DNA from: a virus
Lineage: Duplodnaviria > Caudoviricetes
IMG/VR virus record: IMGVR_UViG_3300012665_001423
Coordinates: 1-26,364 of that record
Strand: one strand, 5' to 3'
Length of the DNA: 26,364 nucleotides
Notes under the pieces: model-generated
Database searches by the model: none
The model's input: the letters and a program-made list of their open reading frames with translations, nothing else
What the model was told of the DNA's origin: nothing
Made by a program: the position numbers and the translations under genes
In this document: one piece after another, positions 17,637-25,280 of the stretch
How the letters are laid out: each line of letters starts with the position of its first letter
Position numbering within the stretch: position 1 is the first letter of the stretch

Positions 17637-18473
17637 ATGCGCTGCCGCCTGCTGCTGCCGCTGGTTCTGCTGCTGCTGGCAGGCTGTTCTGCCAAGCCAG
17701 GCAACGCGCTGCCCGATGCGCAGCCGCAGCCCAGCGCCGATGCCGTCAACAGTTTCGGCGATAAGCAGGACAAAGCGGATAATAAGATCGGCGCAGCAGT
17801 CCAGGCAGCCCGCGAAGCGAACGCGGCATCTAAGCCCGCCGTTGTCGAATCCGAACTATCCGTAGCGGCTGCGTTCCTGCCGCCCGTTCCCGAAGGCGAT
17901 CTGGCCCTGGCCCGCGCCCGCGCAGCAGCCGCCGATCCGAAGGCCTATGCCGAAGCTGTCGCGAAGGGTAAGCGCCTGAACGAAGAACTGCAAAGCCTAT
18001 GGCAGAAGATGGAAGCGCAGCAGGCTAAGGCTAAGGCCGATATCGCTGAGCTGCGCAGCCAGGTCGAAGGCCATAAAGCCAAGGCCGAAGCCGAACGAAA
18101 GGATAAGATCGCCGCGCAGCTGGGCCTGGCTGGCGCTGCTATGCTGGGCGCAGGCGTTCTGCTGCTGGCCTTCGGCGGCTACATCGGCGTTAGCAAACTG
18201 AGCGCGGCCCTGGTTATGATCGGCGGCGCTGCGGTAGCGTCCCTTCCCTGGGTTTTCGATAGCGCCTATTTCCCCTGGATCGCGGGCGGCGCGTTCGCCC
18301 TGGCTGCGCTGCAGGTTACGATCGCCCTGGCGGTCAAGCTTTGGCGCTGGGCCAGGCCGCCGCAGCCCGTTGCCGACCCTGCCGATTACGAACTAGAAGA
18401 TACCCTGGGCGAGCCGACCAGCGAACCTGACCAGCCCGAACAACCGCAGCCGCCGAAAGGCCCGACCGAATGA
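17637..18473 (+). CDS. Lipoprotein with coiled coil and C-terminal TM helices (unimolecular spanin-like)
   Basis: Lipobox LLLAG-C at residue 17, coiled-coil middle, three hydrophobic segments near the C-terminus. Confidence 0.6.
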   Translation: MRCRLLLPLVLLLLAGCSAKPGNALPDAQPQPSADAVNSFGDKQDKADNKIGAAVQAAREANAASKPAVVESELSVAAAFLPPVPEGDLALARARAAAADPKAYAEAVAKGKRLNEELQSLWQKMEAQQAKAKADIAELRSQVEGHKAKAEAERKDKIAAQLGLAGAAMLGAGVLLLAFGGYIGVSKLSAALVMIGGAAVASLPWVFDSAYFPWIAGGAFALAALQVTIALAVKLWRWARPPQPVADPADYELEDTLGEPTSEPDQPEQPQPPKGPTE

Positions 18474-18877
18474 GCGCGGCAGCCGCATCTACTGACGGCC
18501 TGGAAGCGGTTACTTCCGACCAGGCTATAAAGGCTGGCATCATCGCGGCTGCCCTGGGCGGTTCGGCTATGATCGCGCGCCTGCTGCTGCAAAGCGAACG
18601 CGCTAGCCTTGGCTTCATTATCCGCAGTTCGGTCGCGGCCTGCGTTACCGCCTACTTCGTCAACCTGGCTGCCCGCGATTACATCACTAGCGAAAGCCTG
18701 CGCGTTTGCGTTTGCGGCATCGCTGGATTCGCCGCGCCTGAAATCCAGAACTACGGCCTGGAGTTCCTGAAGGCTAAGATGCAAGGCAAGGTTAACGAAG
18801 CCAAGCGCAGCGCGGGGATAAAGCCAGGCAAGACAGCCAAGCCGAAGAAGCCGAAGAAGAACAATGGCAAACGCTGA
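18470..18877 (+). CDS. Holin-like membrane protein
   Basis: Three short hydrophobic segments, GIAGF motif, highly basic C-terminal tail. Confidence 0.6.
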   Translation: MSAAAASTDGLEAVTSDQAIKAGIIAAALGGSAMIARLLLQSERASLGFIIRSSVAACVTAYFVNLAARDYITSESLRVCVCGIAGFAAPEIQNYGLEFLKAKMQGKVNEAKRSAGIKPGKTAKPKKPKKNNGKR

Positions 18878-19202
18878 ACATCAGGCGCATAACCTTCGCC
18901 TTGCCGTTATCGGCTGCGTTGCCGTGTCGATGATCTGCGCGCTGACTGTTTACCTGACCGCCGATTTTATCCTGGCTAGCTTCAGGTCAACCGAAGCGAT
19001 GGTTCTTCTGATCAGCGATTCGGGCCTGCGCAGCGATGATAAGAACCTGGAACGAAACCTGAGCAGCGCGACCCTGGCGCTGACAACCTGCCGCGATGTA
19101 TGCCTGGCCTTGTTCCTGGGCTGCTGCCTGATCGGCGGCGCGCTGGCGGTCAAACTAATGGGCTGGGCCGAAAGCCTGGGCGCGAACAATGGCAAAGATT
19201 AA
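18864..19202 (+). CDS. Two-TM membrane protein
   Basis: Two hydrophobic helices flanking a polar loop; overlaps both neighbours. Confidence 0.55.
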   Translation: MANAEHQAHNLRLAVIGCVAVSMICALTVYLTADFILASFRSTEAMVLLISDSGLRSDDKNLERNLSSATLALTTCRDVCLALFLGCCLIGGALAVKLMGWAESLGANNGKD

Positions 19203-19449
19203 GAAGCGATTCACGATCAAGGAAACCAACCTGGCTGCCGATCTGGGCCAGGCCGAAGCGCTGGGCGGTAATCGCTTCGTTATCCGTATCGATCGGAAAC
19301 ATCGCGGCGAACGATCGCGGATGAATACCCTGGTTCACGAAGCGCTGCATATCGGCGATATGGAGCTGAGCGAAGCCAAGGTTCGGCATCTAACGGCGGT
19401 CGTTGTCGAAGCCTTGTGGCGGCAGAACTATCGGCGCGTTCGGGAATAG
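19189..19449 (+). CDS. Small HExxH zinc-metallopeptidase-like protein
   Basis: TLVHEALH followed by LSEAKV (candidate third ligand Glu); 86 aa. Confidence 0.65.
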   Translation: MAKIKKRFTIKETNLAADLGQAEALGGNRFVIRIDRKHRGERSRMNTLVHEALHIGDMELSEAKVRHLTAVVVEALWRQNYRRVRE

Positions 19450-19456
19450 GCTGGCT

Positions 19457-19543
19457 TTGCCGCCTGGCTTGGCTTCAGGCTGGGGTTCTATGCCGCGCCC
19501 TATGCTACCCCTTACCCTGGCCCTAAAGGCCGCCAGAAAGGCA
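19457..19543 (+). repeat. Degenerate ~90-bp element B (inverted copy of 8253-8340)
   Basis: TTGCCGCCTGG-N40-CCCCTTACCC-N11-GCCGCC-N3-AAGGCA. Confidence 0.65.
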
Positions 19544-19627
19544 AAGCAGCCCGCCCAGGTAGATCGGCTGCAAAGGCTGGTAAGGCTGGTAAAACGGCAG
19601 GAAAAGCGGGCTAAATGGCGGGCTGCA

Positions 19628-19674
19628 AAATAGTTTGATTTTCCCGTTGACGGCAGGCCTGGCTGATCTACCTT
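19628..19674 (+). promoter_or_regulatory. Early sigma70-type promoter 1
   Basis: AAATAGTTTGA upstream block; TTGACG (19647-19652), 16-bp spacer, TACCTT (19669-19674); downstream sequence repeated at the 20324 promoter. Confidence 0.65.
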
Positions 19675-19711
19675 CCTGATATTCCTAACCCGCAAACCCT
19701 AACCCGAAAAT

Positions 19712-19942
19712 ATGAAAACGCTCCCTGAAACCGAAACTGAAATCCGCGCTGAGTTCGCCGATCGCGGCAACTACTTCGCCCTTATGTGCGCCGTCAACGA
19801 TTCGCGCGGCACGACCGACCAGCGCGCCTGGTGCGCTTATGCCCGTAAGGCGATGATCGCCCTGGGCTACCCGATCGCGACCGCTACCTGGTCTGACGAT
19901 CAGACGATCAACTACGCCCAGAATATTGTCGCGATGGGCTAA
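19712..19942 (+). CDS. Hypothetical early protein
   Basis: 76 aa ORF directly behind a promoter and C/A-rich leader. Confidence 0.65.
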   Translation: MKTLPETETEIRAEFADRGNYFALMCAVNDSRGTTDQRAWCAYARKAMIALGYPIATATWSDDQTINYAQNIVAMG

Positions 19943-19976
19943 CCCCTTCCAACCGCAACCCGCAACCCTACCCGTT

Positions 19977-20321
19977 ATGACTACCCGCAAAGCCAAGCCC
20001 GCCGTTCCTACCAGCCTGGACGATCCTGCCGTTAACGCGGTTCGCGAAACCCTGCATATGTCCTGGCAGCTGATCGGCCTGGATATCGAAACCTGCAGCA
20101 GCCAGGAACGCGAATGGGAACTGACCCTTCGCGCTCAGCCTGGCGATGCCGAAGCGCTTAAGGCTTTCAAATATTGGGCCGATCAGCGCCGCAACGCGCA
20201 GGCCTACCGCGCCCGCTGCCGTGGCCTGCTGGTCGGCATCAGCCAGCTGCGCCCCGATGGATCGTTTCCCCTGGTCGGCTGGCAGCGCGCCGCGAAGGAA
20301 GCCAAGCGAATCAACGGCTAA
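19977..20321 (+). CDS. Hypothetical early protein
   Basis: Start at ATG 19977 after a C/A-rich leader; 114 aa. Confidence 0.65.
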   Translation: MTTRKAKPAVPTSLDDPAVNAVRETLHMSWQLIGLDIETCSSQEREWELTLRAQPGDAEALKAFKYWADQRRNAQAYRARCRGLLVGISQLRPDGSFPLVGWQRAAKEAKRING

Positions 20322-20323
20322 AC

Positions 20324-20359
20324 AAATAGTTTGACCAGCGCCCAGGGCCGCCCTACCTT
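20324..20359 (+). promoter_or_regulatory. Early sigma70-type promoter 2
   Basis: AAATAGT-TTGACC (20331-20336), 17-bp spacer, TACCTT (20354-20359). Confidence 0.7.
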
Positions 20360-20391
20360 CCCGATATTCCAACCCGCAAACCCGAACCGAT

Positions 20392-20616
20392 ATGACTAAC
20401 GCCGCTAACAACCCGATCGCCCAGGCCGAAGCCAACCTGGCTGCCGCGATTGCTAACTTCCATAAGGCCCAGGCCGAAATGAATGCCGCCTGCGCAGCCT
20501 ACGGCTTTAAATCCGCTGAGGTAGCGATTGCCGAAGTTGATTATAAGAAATCCGTCAACGCTATGAACGCTGCCAAGCGCCGCCTGACGATCGCGCGCAA
20601 GGCCGCCCAGGCCTAA
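20392..20616 (+). CDS. Hypothetical Ala-rich helical protein
   Basis: 74 aa behind promoter 2. Confidence 0.65.
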   Translation: MTNAANNPIAQAEANLAAAIANFHKAQAEMNAACAAYGFKSAEVAIAEVDYKKSVNAMNAAKRRLTIARKAAQA

Positions 20617-20617
20617 C

Positions 20618-20644
20618 CCTTTCCCACAACCCAACCCAATAAAC
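20618..20644 (+). repeat. Early leader repeat copy 1
   Basis: CCTTTCCCACAACCCAACCCAATAAAC; 26/27 identical to 22563-22589. Confidence 0.8.
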
Positions 20645-20653
20645 CGAACGCAT

Positions 20654-20911
20654 ATGATTACCGCTGAAGAACTCGAAATCGCTAACGCTGATCGCCTGAT
20701 CTGCAAAGCCAACCTGGCAACCTGGCGCAAGAATCTTAAGAAGGCTGTCGCGATCTTCCCTTGCCTGGAAGAACACGCGCAGCCCGAATGCCTGGCCCTG
20801 ATCGGCGAAGCTTACCTTCGCGTTAAGGCCGAAGGCGCTAACCTCAAGGCCGCCCAGGAAGTTTACCGCCAGGCTTTGTTCCTGAGCCGCAACGCTAACG
20901 CTAAGAACTAA
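20654..20911 (+). CDS. Hypothetical helical protein
   Basis: 85 aa; phage-like codon usage. Confidence 0.65.
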   Translation: MITAEELEIANADRLICKANLATWRKNLKKAVAIFPCLEEHAQPECLALIGEAYLRVKAEGANLKAAQEVYRQALFLSRNANAKN

Positions 20912-20916
20912 CCCCT

Positions 20917-21036
20917 ATGCTTCGCGCTATCCTTATCGCCCTGGCCCTTGCCGCGCTGATCATCTTCGCCGCTTCGGTTTTCTTCGGCAACGACTACCCT
21001 GATCTTCTGGAACTCATCGATAACCCTAAGTTCTAA
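20917..21036 (+). CDS. Small membrane protein (39 aa; not in ORF track)
   Basis: MLRAILIALALAALIIFAASVFFGNDYPDLLELIDNPKF fills the gap exactly. Confidence 0.7.
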   Translation: MLRAILIALALAALIIFAASVFFGNDYPDLLELIDNPKF

Positions 21037-21041
21037 CCGCT

Positions 21042-21338
21042 ATGGAAACCCAGCCCGTCCGCGACCGCTGCCTATACCTGCTGCATATGCTGGCCTGCCA
21101 GGTCGGTTTCATCAACGACCGCGTTATCTGCGGCGATATCAACCTGACCGCAGCCCGCCGCCAGGCGCAAACCCTGGCTGACGAAGCTGCCCAGGATATG
21201 CAGGACACGGGCGCGGGCGAAGCCTGGATCACCGCGCACCAGGCCGCAGGCGGGCTGGTCGGTTTGTCCTGGCAGGTTCTGCTGGTCAACGATCCGCAGC
21301 CGCTACACGGCAACATTACCCCTAAGGGCCGCGCCTGA
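21042..21338 (+). CDS. Hypothetical protein
   Basis: 98 aa, TGATG overlap with the next gene. Confidence 0.6.
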   Translation: METQPVRDRCLYLLHMLACQVGFINDRVICGDINLTAARRQAQTLADEAAQDMQDTGAGEAWITAHQAAGGLVGLSWQVLLVNDPQPLHGNITPKGRA

Positions 21339-21775
21339 TGCGAACCGCTGCCGCCCTATTCTGCCTATCTGGCTGGGCCGCTACGGCCCTTTCGGTCGAA
21401 GCCTGGCAGGTTGATGCCGTTATCCGTATCGAAAGCGCTGGCAGGCCTGCCGCGATAGGGGACGGCGGCGCAGCCCGTGGCCTGGCGCAGTTCCATTCGG
21501 CAGCCTGGCTGGACTGCAGCAAGGTTCGCGCAGCGCGCGGCCTGCCGACCTATCCCTATAGCCAGGCCTTTAACCCGATCGCGGCCCGCGCCTACCTGGC
21601 AACCTGGCTGGCCTACCTGGGCGATCGCTTCGCCCGCGCTACGGGCCGCAAGGCAACGACCGCCGACCTATACGCGATGCACAACCTGGGATTCAGCGGC
21701 TACGCTAAAAGGGGTTTTGATATTTCGCGCTGCCCAGGCATAACGAAACGCAAGACCGCCAGCCTTACCCGCTGA
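21338..21775 (+). CDS. Lysozyme-like lytic transglycosylase (SLT/destabilase-like) with signal peptide
   Basis: Catalytic IES motif, GDGGAARGLAQF and AMHNLG; N-terminal hydrophobic stretch ending A-L-S. Confidence 0.8.
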   Translation: MRTAAALFCLSGWAATALSVEAWQVDAVIRIESAGRPAAIGDGGAARGLAQFHSAAWLDCSKVRAARGLPTYPYSQAFNPIAARAYLATWLAYLGDRFARATGRKATTADLYAMHNLGFSGYAKRGFDISRCPGITKRKTASLTR

Positions 21776-21795
21776 CTGCAACCCGCCTAACACAA

Positions 21796-22245
21796 ATGCA
21801 AACTATCGCCGCTATCGACCCTGGCGCTAAATCGGGCGGCATCGCTATCGCCGACCAGAACGGCATTCGCCTGTTCAAGATGCCCGCCGATCCTGCCGAA
21901 CTGCGCGACCTGATTCCCTTTAACGCTACTGTAGTTATTGAGAAAGTTCCTCCCTTTGTCGGTCGGCTTATCCCTAGCAGCGCAGCGTTCAAGCTGGGCA
22001 AATCTGCTGGCTGGCTGGAAGGCTTTACCCAGGGCCGCCAGCAGCGCCTGATCCTGGTAACGCCGCAGGCCTGGCAGGCTGGCCTTGGCATTCCGCGCGG
22101 CGATCGTTCCCAATCACAATGGAAAGGCGCGCTGAAGGCCGAAGCTGCCCGCCGCTATCCTTCGGTCGAAGGCCTTACCCTGCAAACTTCTGACGCGCTT
22201 CTTATGCTCGATTGGGCGCTGCGTAATCCTGCCGCCTTGGGCTGA
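21796..22245 (+). CDS. RuvC-like Holliday junction resolvase
   Basis: IAAIDPG, VIEKV, FKLG, VTPQAWQ and SDALLM motifs. Confidence 0.85.
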   Translation: MQTIAAIDPGAKSGGIAIADQNGIRLFKMPADPAELRDLIPFNATVVIEKVPPFVGRLIPSSAAFKLGKSAGWLEGFTQGRQQRLILVTPQAWQAGLGIPRGDRSQSQWKGALKAEAARRYPSVEGLTLQTSDALLMLDWALRNPAALG

Positions 22246-22259
22246 TCCATTTCCCCACA

Positions 22260-22556
22260 ATGCCAAAAGTTAAAACCAAATCCGACCAGGCTGCGCCGCC
22301 CGCAGCTGCCGAACATAAGCCCGCGCTGGTAGCATATACCGCAGGCGTTCAACAGATCGGCGCTAGTCCGTATTTTATCCTGCCTGACGGCAGCGTAGCG
22401 CGCCGCCTGAAGCCGACCCTAATCAACGGAACGCCTTACTATAATCTTTGCATCGGTCGCGGTAAGACCCTGCGAACCAGGCACGATCGCCTTATGGATT
22501 TCGCCCAGGCGTTCGCCGAACTTTCCGCAGCTAAGGCCGCGCAGCCGAAGGCCTGA
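22260..22556 (+). CDS. Hypothetical protein
   Basis: 98 aa; PYFILPDGSV...RRLKP...GTPYYNL loosely resembles NUMOD4-type DNA-binding segments. Confidence 0.55.
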   Translation: MPKVKTKSDQAAPPAAAEHKPALVAYTAGVQQIGASPYFILPDGSVARRLKPTLINGTPYYNLCIGRGKTLRTRHDRLMDFAQAFAELSAAKAAQPKA

Positions 22557-22562
22557 TCGCAA

Positions 22563-22589
22563 CCTTTCCCACAACCCAACCGAATAAAC
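22563..22589 (+). repeat. Early leader repeat copy 2 (before ERF)
   Basis: CCTTTCCCACAACCCAACCGAATAAAC. Confidence 0.8.
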
Positions 22590-22591
22590 AT

Positions 22592-23314
22592 ATGAGCCGA
22601 CCGAAGAAGAACGAAGAAACGACCGCTGAAGCCGCTAAGGATGCAACTATTCTGGCTGCCGAAATCAGATCAAGCGATATGAGCGCTACCGAAGCGCTTG
22701 TTGAAGGCATCGCGGCCTGCGGTAATGTCCAGGCTACGCGCATCAACCCGCATTTCCGAAGCAAGTATTTCGGCCTGGGCGATCTGCTGGCCCAGGTTAA
22801 GCCGACCCTGGCATCTTATGGCCTGGTTATCCTGCAGACTCCATACACCAGCGAAGAACGCATCAGCGTTAAAACCGAAATCCTTCACGGCAAAAGCGGG
22901 CATCGCTTCGATTTCGGCGAACTTGGCATCAAGGCCGCTGGCCTTAATCTCCAGGCTACGGGCAGCGCGCTTTCCTATCTGAAGCGCTACGCGATCGCGA
23001 CTATCGTGGGCGTTGCATCGGATGACGAAACCGAAGATGACGGCAACGCGGCAAGCCGACCGATCCAGCATAGCGCGCCGAAGGCCCAGGCCGCCGCGCA
23101 GCCGAAGCCTGCCGCCTGGTTTATCGCCGCTGGCATCACGACCCCGCAGGCCCAGGAAGTTGCCGCCGAACTGCTGCGCCGCAAAGGCTGGCTGGGCGCT
23201 GGCGATGGGCTGCAGGAACTTGACGAAGCGAAGATCGCGGCGCTGCAGCAGGGCCGAATGATGCAAACCTTTGTTGACGCGGTTCGCGCTCAGCTCGAAA
23301 ACCCGAAGGCCTGA
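22592..23314 (+). CDS. erf: ERF-family single-strand annealing protein
   Basis: NPHFRSKY..L, GSALSYLKRYAIATIVGVASDDETEDDGN signature. Confidence 0.9.
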   Translation: MSRPKKNEETTAEAAKDATILAAEIRSSDMSATEALVEGIAACGNVQATRINPHFRSKYFGLGDLLAQVKPTLASYGLVILQTPYTSEERISVKTEILHGKSGHRFDFGELGIKAAGLNLQATGSALSYLKRYAIATIVGVASDDETEDDGNAASRPIQHSAPKAQAAAQPKPAAWFIAAGITTPQAQEVAAELLRRKGWLGAGDGLQELDEAKIAALQQGRMMQTFVDAVRAQLENPKA

Positions 23315-23318
23315 ACCT

Positions 23319-23540
23319 ATGCCTAAGCATAACCCGAAGCTGAACGCCTGCCCGCCGATCCAGGAACTAATGAGCCTGACGAAGAACGCCGACCCTGCCC
23401 GCCGAACCGCCGCTGCCGTTCTGATCGATGCCCAGGTTAAGGCCCGCCATATCCGCAAGGCGCTTAACCTTTCGGGCCGTCAGTTCCGCAAGGCCCAGCG
23501 CGAAGCCAAGGCTTCCCGCTTCAACCCTAACGCAGCCTGA
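23319..23540 (+). CDS. Small basic protein, possible HTH
   Basis: Start at ATG 23319; VKARHIRKALNLSGRQFRKA. Confidence 0.55.
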   Translation: MPKHNPKLNACPPIQELMSLTKNADPARRTAAAVLIDAQVKARHIRKALNLSGRQFRKAQREAKASRFNPNAA

Positions 23541-23544
23541 ACCG

Positions 23545-23817
23545 ATGAGCGATAAGAACGACCTGGATCAGATGGGTTCGCTTGTGCCTGAACGCCTGGC
23601 CCGTCATTGGTTCGATGTAGCCAACGACCTGCGCGCCGAAAACGAACGGCTGAACAAACAGATTGAAAGCATTATGACCACCGCCGACATTATAGATCAG
23701 CGATATCAGCGGCTAATGAAGGCTGGGGATAATCTTGTGTTTGTCGCAAGCGAACACCCCGCTGCTAATCCTTTCGTTAATGCCTGGTTCGCCGCCAAAG
23801 AAGGCAGCCTGCCTTGA
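23545..23817 (+). CDS. Hypothetical coiled-coil protein
   Basis: Start at ATG 23545; LRAENERL heptads. Confidence 0.6.
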   Translation: MSDKNDLDQMGSLVPERLARHWFDVANDLRAENERLNKQIESIMTTADIIDQRYQRLMKAGDNLVFVASEHPAANPFVNAWFAAKEGSLP

Positions 23818-24005
23818 GCAAGGCAACCGAAGCCCGCGCCCGACCTGGCCTTAAACTTCTAACGCCTTACGAACTGAGCAAAGCAGCCCAGGGCCGCGAA
23901 GCCGATCGCGCCCGCTGGCAGTTCCTTTTCTCCCTGAATAAATACAAACCGCAACCTACCCGATGCCAACCGAACCGAAGAAGCCGCGCCGCCCGCGCGA
24001 AATGA
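23814..24005 (+). CDS. Hypothetical protein (TTG start)
   Basis: TTGA overlap with the upstream stop, fills the gap, but overlaps the next gene by 43 nt. Confidence 0.4.
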   Translation: MSKATEARARPGLKLLTPYELSKAAQGREADRARWQFLFSLNKYKPQPTRCQPNRRSRAARAK

Positions 24006-24364
24006 TTACCCTGCCCAGCGGGCATAAGGTAAGCCGCAGCCTGCATAGCAAACTGATCGCAGTCCGCGCCGACCTGGAACGCCTGAACGATCGCGAACGC
24101 CTGAACCTGCCCGACATCGCCGCGCGCCTGGGAGTTACCCGCGAAACCGCCGCGACCTGGGCCGACCTGCTGGGCATCGCGATTCATAACAGTTATAAGC
24201 GCCCGCGCGTTGATAAGACAGCCTGGGCAAAGGTTCTCCCTGTCCTGCGTAAATCTGGAATGACCTACAAACAGATTGCCGCGAAGATCGGCGCGACCCC
24301 TATCAGCGTTTGCCGCTGGTTTCTGAACCAGGGAATCATTACGAACGATCATTATCGCAACTGA
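23963..24364 (+). CDS. Double HTH DNA-binding protein
   Basis: LNLPDIAARLGVTRETAATW and GMTYKQIAAKIGATPISVCRW. Confidence 0.8.
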   Translation: MPTEPKKPRRPREMITLPSGHKVSRSLHSKLIAVRADLERLNDRERLNLPDIAARLGVTRETAATWADLLGIAIHNSYKRPRVDKTAWAKVLPVLRKSGMTYKQIAAKIGATPISVCRWFLNQGIITNDHYRN

Positions 24365-24365
24365 T

Positions 24366-24641
24366 ATGCCAGCCTTCCCTGCTATCCCTAAGGCCGTTAC
24401 GCGCCAGCATTACGCGCAGCATAAGAACGGCGCAGCCAAGTTCGCCCTGTATGCGTTGATCGATTCGGTCGATGTAAGCCTGGAGGTAAGCGCCGACAGC
24501 CTGCCCGCGTTCAAAGATAACCTGGCAGCCTGGACTAAGGAGAATCATAAAGCCTTTCGCTATTCGATCGTTTCCTTCTGGCTGGTTCTTAACTCTCACG
24601 ATTTCAAACCCTATTCCCCGCACAAGCCGCCGCGCCTATGA
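24366..24641 (+). CDS. Hypothetical protein
   Basis: 91 aa, tightly packed between neighbours. Confidence 0.6.
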   Translation: MPAFPAIPKAVTRQHYAQHKNGAAKFALYALIDSVDVSLEVSADSLPAFKDNLAAWTKENHKAFRYSIVSFWLVLNSHDFKPYSPHKPPRL

Positions 24642-25249
24642 AAGTTCTAGAACTATTCGCTGGCAGCAGGTCGGTCGGCAAGGCTGCCGAATCGTTGGGC
24701 TGCGAAGTTTTTTCTTCCGACATCAACGCATTCCCTGGCATACATTACCAGGAAGATATCCTAAAGTTCGACTACGCCCGCGTTCCTTTCCAGCCCGATA
24801 TAATCTGGGCATCGCCGCCTTGCACAACCTTTAGCGTTGCCTCGATCGGGACGCATTGGCTGCCAGGTCGGATGCCCAGGACAGAAGCCGCTAAGGCAGG
24901 CCTTCTGATTGTCGCGCGAACCTTGGAAACCATCAGGCATTTTAACCCTAGGTTTTTCTTCATCGAAAACCCGCGCGGAATGCTGCGAACGCTGCCGCTG
25001 ATGGAAGGCCTGGATCGGCGAACTGTAACCTATTGCCAATATGGCGATGAAAGAATGAAGCCGACAGATATCTGGACTAATAGCCAGGCCTGGAAGCCGA
25101 AGCCCGTTTGTAAGAACGGCGCGCCTTGCCACACCGCAGCGCCGCGCGGATCTGCAACGGGAACGCAAGGGCGCTCCAATGCTTTCGAGCGCAGCAAAAT
25201 CCCTGAAGAACTTTGCCTTGAAATAATCCGATCCTGCCTGAATAGATAA
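24638..25249 (+). CDS. Short DNA cytosine-C5 methyltransferase
   Basis: Motif I ELFAG, motif IV WASPPC, motif VI IENP; 203 aa. Confidence 0.88.
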   Translation: MKVLELFAGSRSVGKAAESLGCEVFSSDINAFPGIHYQEDILKFDYARVPFQPDIIWASPPCTTFSVASIGTHWLPGRMPRTEAAKAGLLIVARTLETIRHFNPRFFFIENPRGMLRTLPLMEGLDRRTVTYCQYGDERMKPTDIWTNSQAWKPKPVCKNGAPCHTAAPRGSATGTQGRSNAFERSKIPEELCLEIIRSCLNR

Positions 25250-25266
25250 CCTTTCCCATAACCCAA
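25250..25266 (+). repeat. Early leader repeat copy 3 (before exonuclease)
   Basis: CCTTTCCCATAACCCAA, 16/17 identical to copies 1 and 2. Confidence 0.7.
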
Positions 25267-25280
25267 AACAAAACAACCCG

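Noticed and set aside
19403-19633. 76-aa + strand ORF
   Set aside because: Overlaps repeat element B and the phased A-tract region; low-complexity translation
19940-19976. C/A-rich short repeats (AACCCGC-like) as a possible CRISPR or mini-array
   Set aside because: No constant repeat-spacer periodicity; they are leader sequences
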